Positions 52,649 to 59,993 of a stretch of 59,993 nucleotides of DNA are shown here, piece after piece. The stretch is from IMG/VR virus record IMGVR_UViG_3300044630_000957, positions 1-59,993 of that record. One strand, given 5' to 3'. Numbering within the stretch: position 1 is the first letter of the stretch; each line of letters begins with the position of its first letter. The position numbers and the translations under genes were made by a program. The stretch is from a virus. Its lineage: Duplodnaviria > Caudoviricetes. The notes below the pieces were generated by a model. The model searched no databases and was not told the origin of the DNA. It worked only from the letters and a program-made list of their open reading frames with translations.

Positions 52649-55039
52649 TTAGCGGCGCATGCCGTAGTGTCGTGCCAGATCGGCGATGGATGCCATGCCG
52701 CCGTTGCGGAACGCCTGCACCGTGCCGCCACGGTACATGTTCCGCATGGGTGCCGCTGTTGCGTCGTCAACGACCACATATTCGCCCAACTCAGGATCGA
52801 AGGACGCGATCTCCACGTCCGCTTCGTAGTCGCCGCCGGGCATCGTAGATAGGCCGCTGAGGTCTTCTTCGGTGAGCGACGGGACAACCACTTCGAAGTC
52901 ATCTGAAAGCTGGCCGCGAGTGTCTTCAGGCGGCGGGGCAATCGTCGATGCGGCGGCAACGCCACCCTTCGTGACGCGGCGCTCAAGCGCCCGATCAGCC
53001 GCTTGCTGAACCGGAGCAGCCGCCTCAAGACGTGTCAACACCTCTTCAAGTTCTTCGGGGCTGCTGGCTTTAAGCATGCGCGCCAACTGTGTGTACGTCG
53101 CCCGCGACACGTTAGCGTTCCGCATGTTAGACAGCAAACGTGCAGTTCTGTTGATGATGTTGCCCGGCGTGGGGTTGACAAAGAGGTCAACAGCGTTTTC
53201 GATGTTGCCGCCCGCAATCTGGTTTTGGATGTCTTCACGTTCAGCAAGTCGGCGGAATGACGCGCTGTTGCCGGTGGCTTGACCGATGTCGTTAAACAAC
53301 TGTTCTTCGCGCCGTAAAGCCGCTTCGAACACTTGAAACTCGCCGGGGTCCATGACCGCTTCAAACTTTTTCAAGGAGTTTTCCTTGAGGAGAGTGTTGG
53401 CGAAGTTTTGACGCCTACCTGTATCCTCAAAACCCTTCAGAACTTGCTGCATAAAGCCAGTCTTGAAGGCCTGCTGTTCGCCCGGAGAGTAATCCTTCAT
53501 AAACTTGCCAAACTGCTGCCAGCGCAAGCCACCAGAGTTTTTGCCCTGTTCGAGGGCTTCCTTAATTTCGATGTCGCCCTTGTATTGCTGACGCGCGGCC
53601 TTGAACTCCTTCGGGCCGATGGCATCAAGCCGCTCTACAAAGGCGTCGCGCAAACCGCGCAGGGACGTAGCTTGGCCGCCCTGACCGCTGGCGTAGAGCG
53701 AGTTAATTTTGCGGTCGAGCGCAATCTTAACCTGATTAAGGGTGCCCATGTCTGGTGCCATTTTGCCGGTAGGCGAGAGACCAATAACCGAGCCTTCCGC
53801 GTCCATGATTGGGTCGAAGACTTCACGCAGTTTGAACTGCGACGGGTCTTGCCCTTTAAGAAGTGCTTCTTGTTGCTGCAAGCGCGAGTTTTGAAGCGCG
53901 TCTATGTACGCCGAGCGGATTGCAGGATCGTCCAGAACCTGCATGATACGCGGATCGCGGACCTCCACGTTCTGCCAGCCTGAGCCATAATTCCTCTCGG
54001 CGTTGTCGCGCAGCGTTTTGAGGACGCTCTCCTCCGACGCAAAATAATCTGGCGTCGGCACCGCCTCTTTCGCAAGGGCTTTGACGCGCTGCGGGGCACC
54101 GGACTGCACGTTGAACAGTCGGCGGACGAGATCGGCTTGTTCGCCGCTTGGTGTATTAACCACGTTTTCAGTAAGACGGCTAAGTTCTGGCGATAGCCCG
54201 CCAAGGGGCAAGTTGTCTATGCCATACGTCTTTGCCAGTTCGGCCAATTCGGCAATTTTTGCGTTGTCCAAACCGCCTTCGGCGATGCGGCGGCTGATGA
54301 TGCCCGCTGCGCGGCGGGCTGCCTCTTCGTCGCCCATCTCCGTGCCACGCGCAGATAATACGCCGCGACCAAACTTGACCGCCTCGCCAACGCCGTACCC
54401 CGCAGCACCCAATGGAACGCCGAGGGCACCACCGATAACAGCTTTGCCCGCGCTGTCCACAAACCCTTCGCCCGAACCGAAACCCGCAGTGCCGCCAGCA
54501 ACTGCGCCCGTAGCGGCAGCTCTGGCGAGAGGTGATGATAATTTGCTAATCCCTGTACCGGCTTGGATTGCCCGTCCGGCGACGTTAACACCGGGGACGA
54601 ACATGGTTCCGATGCCACCTGTGATATTCAGAGCGGGGCCAAGGACGGGATACGCCTCGTTGAACTTGGCGCGCTCAAGCCGGATTTCGTTGACCAGCTC
54701 ATCGTAACTCTTGTCTGAGAACGCGGCGCGAGCAGCCGCCTCAGCTTCGTCGCTGAACTCAAACGCCGCGCCGCCCGCCAATTCGCGGAGGCCGCCAGCG
54801 ACCGTCTCACCCGCCGTAAGTTCGGGAGGCTCAATCTCAATCTGAGGCGCAACATCGGCAGTACCGCCGCCCGGTGCCTCATATACCCGAACCAACTGCT
54901 CCAACTCTTCGTCATTAAGCGTGTCAAGCTGCGCGGCAGTGTTTTCGTGCTGCTGGATGAGGTAGGCAAGCTCCTCGTCCGACATCCGGTCGATGGAGGA
55001 GTATCTGTTGGGCGTAGCATTTTGGCCGGTGTTTATCAC
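52649..55039 (-). CDS. Putative ejection / DNA transfer protein (796 aa)
   Basis: Gly/Ala-rich membrane-like segment followed by a long helical region, typical of podovirus ejection proteins. Confidence 0.7.
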   Translation of the reverse strand: MINTGQNATPNRYSSIDRMSDEELAYLIQQHENTAAQLDTLNDEELEQLVRVYEAPGGGTADVAPQIEIEPPELTAGETVAGGLRELAGGAAFEFSDEAEAAARAAFSDKSYDELVNEIRLERAKFNEAYPVLGPALNITGGIGTMFVPGVNVAGRAIQAGTGISKLSSPLARAAATGAVAGGTAGFGSGEGFVDSAGKAVIGGALGVPLGAAGYGVGEAVKFGRGVLSARGTEMGDEEAARRAAGIISRRIAEGGLDNAKIAELAELAKTYGIDNLPLGGLSPELSRLTENVVNTPSGEQADLVRRLFNVQSGAPQRVKALAKEAVPTPDYFASEESVLKTLRDNAERNYGSGWQNVEVRDPRIMQVLDDPAIRSAYIDALQNSRLQQQEALLKGQDPSQFKLREVFDPIMDAEGSVIGLSPTGKMAPDMGTLNQVKIALDRKINSLYASGQGGQATSLRGLRDAFVERLDAIGPKEFKAARQQYKGDIEIKEALEQGKNSGGLRWQQFGKFMKDYSPGEQQAFKTGFMQQVLKGFEDTGRRQNFANTLLKENSLKKFEAVMDPGEFQVFEAALRREEQLFNDIGQATGNSASFRRLAEREDIQNQIAGGNIENAVDLFVNPTPGNIINRTARLLSNMRNANVSRATYTQLARMLKASSPEELEEVLTRLEAAAPVQQAADRALERRVTKGGVAAASTIAPPPEDTRGQLSDDFEVVVPSLTEEDLSGLSTMPGGDYEADVEIASFDPELGEYVVVDDATAAPMRNMYRGGTVQAFRNGGMASIADLARHYGMRR

Positions 55040-55743
55040 TTCTTAGTCCCCTTAGCTGCGGCGCGGCGCTGCCGCTCTGCCGCGAGCTGATCGTAGGTGA
55101 AAGGCGATACACCCATCCGAGATTGCTGTTCGGCAACTTTAACGCCGCTGGCAACGATATTCATGAAGCGTTGCAATTCACGCTTGAACTGCACTTCCGA
55201 AGTGGCTGCGTTCATGTTTGCGAGAGCTTCCGTTGCGGATACCCCTTCTGGCCCCGAAATGGCACCAGCACCCTTCAGTTGCTCAAAGGCTTGCATGAAC
55301 GCGCCCTTCTTAACAGCATTCAGCGCGTTGGTGAAGTCGCCTGCGGGTGTCGCCGGAACTGTGCCGATGCCGAAGCCTCCCTTGAACGGATTAGGCATGC
55401 CGACTGCGGCAGAAAACCCGGGGTGCTTGAGAAGAGCGGCCCCCTCGTTAAGCGCCTGCTGCGAGATTGACCGAAGTTTAGGGAGGCTGAACTCCTTCGT
55501 CGCGGCACTTTCGCCGAGCACCGAAGCGCGGCGGTTGCGGTACGCTTCGTCGGCTTGCTGCGCCGGAGTTTTAGGAGCCTGAGGCAGTGGCGTGGCCCGA
55601 AGACGCTCAAGCTCTACCCTATCACGCTCCGCTTTATCGTACTTGGCCTGCAAGTCAGCCAACTTGGCTGCTTCTGCGGTAGCCGCCGATTGCGACGGCT
55701 TAGCGTGATACTTCGGGTCGCTGAATTTAGAACCGCTCATCAC
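55036..55743 (-). CDS. Putative ejection protein (235 aa)
   Basis: GGAGG RBS; AF.QLKGAGAIS..EG motif; helical. Confidence 0.7.
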   Translation of the reverse strand: MMSGSKFSDPKYHAKPSQSAATAEAAKLADLQAKYDKAERDRVELERLRATPLPQAPKTPAQQADEAYRNRRASVLGESAATKEFSLPKLRSISQQALNEGAALLKHPGFSAAVGMPNPFKGGFGIGTVPATPAGDFTNALNAVKKGAFMQAFEQLKGAGAISGPEGVSATEALANMNAATSEVQFKRELQRFMNIVASGVKVAEQQSRMGVSPFTYDQLAAERQRRAAAKGTKK

Positions 55744-56534
55744 CGGCCTCCTCTAGCATAATTAACAATCCGCATTGCTTTTTCAGCAAAGCGCGGCCCA
55801 AATTCCTGAATGAAGTCATCGAGATTAGCTTGTGACGGATCGGAAAGCAAATCAGCCCATGCGACGTCATTGGGTTGGACGATGCTTTCCCCAGAAATTG
55901 GATCGTAGGCTTTACTGTTTTCAATGATGACCGATTTCATCGTTGGTGTCTTATTCGCCATCGCCTCCAACTTCGCCATAGCAAGCGCCGTCGTCACGTC
56001 CTGCTTGGCGAGGCCCAGCCGCTGGGCGAAGCGATCTTTATCCAGTTGCTCAAGCGCCTCGCGACGGCTGATCTCGCCCTCGCGCTGGGCCTTCTGCTGC
56101 GCCGCCAAGACGGGTGAGATATTCTCCAAGATGCCGCCAAAGCCACGACGTGTCGTCGGTGCGGCTAACGCTGCCGACAACTGGAACATACGCTCGCTGA
56201 ACGACGGGGCGTACCGTTTCTCCGCCAAGGCCTTAGCCTGAGCGTCGTAACGAGCCTGCTGCTCCGCCGCGAGCTTGTTGAAGGCCGTCATGGACGTCTG
56301 GACATTGGGGTTGTTGTACACTGCCAGACCGCCAGCCTCCGCGTCAGAAGCGGCAGCAGCGTCTGCATCAGCGGCAGCAGCGTCTGCGGCAGCAATGGTG
56401 TTAAGGCCACCCAAATCTTCGTTCATCGTCTCTTCCTCTGCGTCGGTTGCCGCTGGCAGCATGCCTAAGCCTTGCTTCATTTTACGAATGTGTTCTATCT
56501 GCCACGGGGCAAGGGGCGGGTTTTGCACGATCAT
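55740..56534 (-). CDS. Putative ejection protein (264 aa)
   Basis: Ala-rich and helical; coupled on both sides. Confidence 0.7.
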   Translation of the reverse strand: MIVQNPPLAPWQIEHIRKMKQGLGMLPAATDAEEETMNEDLGGLNTIAAADAAAADADAAAASDAEAGGLAVYNNPNVQTSMTAFNKLAAEQQARYDAQAKALAEKRYAPSFSERMFQLSAALAAPTTRRGFGGILENISPVLAAQQKAQREGEISRREALEQLDKDRFAQRLGLAKQDVTTALAMAKLEAMANKTPTMKSVIIENSKAYDPISGESIVQPNDVAWADLLSDPSQANLDDFIQEFGPRFAEKAMRIVNYARGGR

Positions 56535-57577
56535 TTACCTTTCAGCGAACCGACGATGCCCGCCGCAGCGGTTAGCGCGCTGGCAATATCTTTCCCAGTC
56601 GATGAGTACTCCTGTTTGACGCCTGACGGCGAGATACCGTATTCTTGCGTCGCGCTTGGGACGCCGGAGGCAACACCTTGGAACGTCTTCATCATGTTGT
56701 TGATCTGCTCTTGCGGATAGCCCTGCTGACGCAGGAAGTCCTGATACGCCACGTCGAGGTTCTTCTGACCCTGCTGCTGCTCCAGTGCGCCGACGCCGCC
56801 CAGCGCGCCTGCGCCAGTGAGGCCGAGGCTCTGCGCCTGCTCGCCGAGTGTCGACAGAGCGCCAGAGGCGGCGAGCTGCTGTTGCTGCTGCGCCCGCGCC
56901 AGATCGCCAGCCGTGCTTGCGAGAGTGCCGAAGCGCGACAGGTCAGTGCCTGCGAGCCCAGCGGCCTGCGTGTAACCGGATTGGAGCGCCTCAGTCTGCT
57001 TACCGAGGATGTCGGCACTGGTGTCGCGAAGGGCGCGCGCCGTGTCGGTCATCATGCCCGACGGCGTGCCGCCTAAGCCACCACGCCCGCCGAAGCCGAG
57101 CTGACCGGCTTGGATGTAGCGGCCTTCGATTGCAGGCATAAGGTTTTCTGTGAGGTTGCGCGTGCCCAGCTCGCCGATGCGGTTGACAACGGCGTCGGTA
57201 TACGGGTTCATGTACTGGCCGATGTTCGACACGGATGTCTGACCGGCCTGCGTCAAGAACGGCTGTGCGGTGTTTAACGCGCCCGGCGCATTCGCGGCGC
57301 TCTGCGCAACGCCTGTGGCTTGATTGAATAGTGGCTGGTACGCCGTGGCGGCGTTGCCGGTCATGCCGAAGGCTTGCTGCTGCGTCGGCGTGAAGCCCGC
57401 AACGCGCGGCATCGGCGCTGTCTCGTATGGGCGATTGGCTATAGCCTGCTGCCCCGACAGGATGTCCATCGCGTAGTTGGTGTACCACTCAGGCAGCACC
57501 TGCTGCTTGGTCATGTCCGTGAGGGCGGAGCCTTGCGGGATTGCGGCCCCCTCGGCTAGGAATGAACTGATAGCCAT
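56531..57577 (-). CDS. Putative ejection / pilot protein (348 aa)
   Basis: Q/A/G-rich; VAGFTPTQQQAF, YMNPY and QGYP segments; hydrophobic C-terminus. Confidence 0.7.
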   Translation of the reverse strand: MAISSFLAEGAAIPQGSALTDMTKQQVLPEWYTNYAMDILSGQQAIANRPYETAPMPRVAGFTPTQQQAFGMTGNAATAYQPLFNQATGVAQSAANAPGALNTAQPFLTQAGQTSVSNIGQYMNPYTDAVVNRIGELGTRNLTENLMPAIEGRYIQAGQLGFGGRGGLGGTPSGMMTDTARALRDTSADILGKQTEALQSGYTQAAGLAGTDLSRFGTLASTAGDLARAQQQQQLAASGALSTLGEQAQSLGLTGAGALGGVGALEQQQGQKNLDVAYQDFLRQQGYPQEQINNMMKTFQGVASGVPSATQEYGISPSGVKQEYSSTGKDIASALTAAAGIVGSLKGK

Positions 57578-59993
57578 TAAATGCGTCCTCCAGACAGATA
57601 TGCTTCGGCCTTCTTGGCGTTAGCACTAAAACGGCCCTTTGCCAACTTCTGACCCTTGTGTTTACGAACTTTAACTCGAAGCTCGTCCAGCTTCTTTGCG
57701 CCAGCCTTATTCGACCCGTCACCCAGCAGGGCGACAGTCTCGGCATCGATCACATATTCGCCGTCGGACAGCACCGCAGGGATGTCGTCGCTGCGGCCAG
57801 TGCCGGGGCCGTTGACTGCAAATTCGCTGCGCTTGGACGAGCCGCCCTTTGCGAAACGCATGTTGTCAACGTCAGGGGCGTACATCGACGGCCCCCTCGG
57901 CTCGTTTGGAATAGGTGTGGTGATAGGCGCAGGGTTGGCTTGCGATGCGTAGTCGAAGAAGTTAAGCTCAGGCCGTGTGCCATAAGTCAACCAGTCTACG
58001 TCGCCCATCGGACGCGCTGTGCGGTTCCCGCCGATAACACCGAGGCCGCCTGCGGATGGCAGCTTGGCCGAGAAGATCGGGTTCAACCGGCCTGTGCCGC
58101 CGCCACCGTATGTGCCAGTTTGGCCTGAGCCACCGCCACCACCGCCGACTAAGCCGGAAATGAGGCTCGCGATGCGCAGGTACTCTTCGAGGCCGAGCTT
58201 CTTCTCGTCTGTCAGCGCGGGGTCGGGCTTTAAGTCCAAAGGACGGAGAGGTTCTAAGGGGGGCATCACCGAAACCGATGTGGGTTCGGGCCGCTCAATC
58301 TTAGAACCTTCTACAACGATTGGCTCCTTGTAGTTTTCCATACCGGAAACCCTGTCGATTACGCCGAGATCGGTTGGCATAAAGGTGCCGCTTGCGGGCT
58401 GCTCAATCCTCTTAGTAGCGTCTACAACAATGTCATTTGGTAAAACCGCTGGAGCTGTAGTCGTAAGCGCACCTAAGTCTATGCCGCTAGTAACCGCGCC
58501 GGGGCGCTGACCTGTTACCTTGATGATGTCTTCTTCGGCGATCTGGTCGGCTCCAGTAGGAAAGTTCTCCAGTCCGTCAATCGCGGGGATTACTTCAGGA
58601 GACAAACTGCCCAAGTCTAGTCCGCCAGTAACCGCGCCGGAGCGGGTTCCTGAAACGACAATCTCGTCGGTGTTGTTTACCACGGGGTCTGCTGTCAGAC
58701 CGGCTAAGTTTAACCCGCCAGTAACCGCACCGGGAACAGAGCCAGTGACGTTAATAATATCGCCATCGTATCCGCTGGTGTAATCCGCATTCGTTAAGGA
58801 GTTGGGTACCTTGGTGTTGGCGGCGTCATCCAAATACTTTTGCTCAGGCGTTTTATACCCACCAAGATTTATATTTGGCGTCGAAATGCTGGGCGTAGCA
58901 TTGACTATGATTTCCGCATTTGGGCCGCCGTAGACGGCACTACTATCAACGCCACCGCCAGTGCTGGTACTTGTGGCGGGCGCTTGATTTATGCCAAGAC
59001 CTTTAACTATGTCGGGCGTGACGTAACTAAGCGCGCCAGAAGCGACACCACCGAGGAGGGAACTCTTTAGGTCTTGTCCGGTAGCCAATCCGCCTGCGGT
59101 GGCACCGAGGCCCGTACCAATCGCGGTGCCCGCTCTAAGACCAATGTCCCCAACCTTACCTAAAGGGGCACCAAGAAGGGAGCCACCAGCGGCGGAGAGG
59201 CCGCCCATCGCCGCGCCCTTGAGAATGTTGTCACCCTTTAGGCCCGCGCCTGCGGCACCGAGGGCAGTCCCAAGACCAATTTTACCCGCAGTACTTGCAA
59301 GAAGCGAGCCTGCCGACGCGCCCGCAGTCAGCGGGATCATCGCCAGCGGCAGCAAGGTGCCTGCCACGTTGGCAATCGTACCCAGCGTGCTCTTGTTCTT
59401 CTTCTCATACGCGACGGTCGAATAGTTACCAGTCGGGTCTGCGGTTTGGATGCTGTAGTTCGCCTTGCGACCAAACTGGTTCGTCAGGCCCTGACCTAAT
59501 TCGGTTGCCTTGCGCGCGGCGTCAAAGCCTGTACCCTCGAACACGATCTGGTTGGTGCGGTGGTCAACGAGGCGTACAGGCTGGTCGGCCCGCACCGCGA
59601 AGGTGTTGCCACCCGTCTGCGACGTGGCGTTGCCTTTGTTAGATAAAGGCGCGCTGATGTACTGCAAATTAGGATCGGCTTGGTATATGCCGCCCATCGG
59701 GCCGCCACCGAAGTTCGAACCGAAATTCATCCCGTACAGGTTGTTTAGGCCGCTCAGGTCAAGTTTGCTAAAGTCAAACGTGTTAGGGTCGAACGGCACT
59801 TCGGCAGGCACAGCCTCTGTCGTCATCGGCTCGACTGCCGCTTGCTGGTACGGCTGCTCAACAGGCGCGGGCAGCATGCCGCCACCGCCGTATGGCAGCT
59901 CGTTATAGCCGCCCATGTCGTATCCGCCGTACATCATAGGCTGCTCGACAGGCATATACTGCTCGACGGGTGGGGTGTACTGGTACGGCTCGC
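57577..59993 (-). CDS. Putative ejection protein, allele B; 5' end beyond the right edge, about 850 aa if completed with 2125-2260
   Basis: Glycine zipper, TonB-box-like repeats, C-terminal FAKGG...GPGTGRSDDIPAVLSDGEYVI domain resembling tape-measure C-termini. Confidence 0.8.
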   Translation of the reverse strand, partial: EPYQYTPPVEQYMPVEQPMMYGGYDMGGYNELPYGGGGMLPAPVEQPYQQAAVEPMTTEAVPAEVPFDPNTFDFSKLDLSGLNNLYGMNFGSNFGGGPMGGIYQADPNLQYISAPLSNKGNATSQTGGNTFAVRADQPVRLVDHRTNQIVFEGTGFDAARKATELGQGLTNQFGRKANYSIQTADPTGNYSTVAYEKKNKSTLGTIANVAGTLLPLAMIPLTAGASAGSLLASTAGKIGLGTALGAAGAGLKGDNILKGAAMGGLSAAGGSLLGAPLGKVGDIGLRAGTAIGTGLGATAGGLATGQDLKSSLLGGVASGALSYVTPDIVKGLGINQAPATSTSTGGGVDSSAVYGGPNAEIIVNATPSISTPNINLGGYKTPEQKYLDDAANTKVPNSLTNADYTSGYDGDIINVTGSVPGAVTGGLNLAGLTADPVVNNTDEIVVSGTRSGAVTGGLDLGSLSPEVIPAIDGLENFPTGADQIAEEDIIKVTGQRPGAVTSGIDLGALTTTAPAVLPNDIVVDATKRIEQPASGTFMPTDLGVIDRVSGMENYKEPIVVEGSKIERPEPTSVSVMPPLEPLRPLDLKPDPALTDEKKLGLEEYLRIASLISGLVGGGGGGSGQTGTYGGGGTGRLNPIFSAKLPSAGGLGVIGGNRTARPMGDVDWLTYGTRPELNFFDYASQANPAPITTPIPNEPRGPSMYAPDVDNMRFAKGGSSKRSEFAVNGPGTGRSDDIPAVLSDGEYVIDAETVALLGDGSNKAGAKKLDELRVKVRKHKGQKLAKGRFSANAKKAEAYLSGGRI
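57810..59993. repeat. Imperfect terminal redundancy, copy B
   Basis: Matches 1-2124 with SNPs and a replaced central block (58372-59380). Confidence 0.95.

Noticed and set aside
57577-57860. Tape measure protein implying a long tail
   Set aside because: Only the C-terminal motif resembles tape measures. No tail tube, sheath or baseplate genes were recognised, and the nozzle/adaptor/ejection layout is podovirus-like.

Overview
The window is essentially one complete, apparently circularised genome of a tailed dsDNA phage with a podovirus-like gene set. The unit length is about 57.8 kb: position 1 corresponds to 57810 and position 2124 to 59993. The minus strand carries the late genes: terminase small and large subunits, portal, a GroES-like protein, scaffold, major capsid protein, tail adaptors, two large tail fibres with C-terminal S74 chaperones, a lysis region with a GH19 endolysin, the tail nozzle and a run of putative ejection proteins. 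The plus strand (34567-50535) carries early and replication genes: many small ORFs, GcrA-like and Cro-like HTH proteins, a C5 methyltransferase, primase-helicase, DUF2800 nuclease, DUF2815 SSB, GapR, family A DNA polymerase, VRR-NUC and an SNF2 helicase. GapR and the GcrA-like protein point to an alphaproteobacterial host. I saw no integrase, tRNA, CRISPR array or reverse transcriptase. Main observations: (1) four early promoters share a palindromic operator and the 5' leader ATCAGCAAC..GGAG, and a structured RNA upstream of the HTH/polymerase genes presents the antisense of that leader plus SD in a hairpin loop; (2) a putative ejection protein occurs as two alleles at the window ends, with a glycine zipper and six TonB-box-like motifs in a hypervariable block; (3) a three-gene exported-protein module sits inside the lysis region; (4) a palindromic TGCA-iteron array lies at the divergence point. 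All family assignments are from motif recognition by eye, not from database searches.
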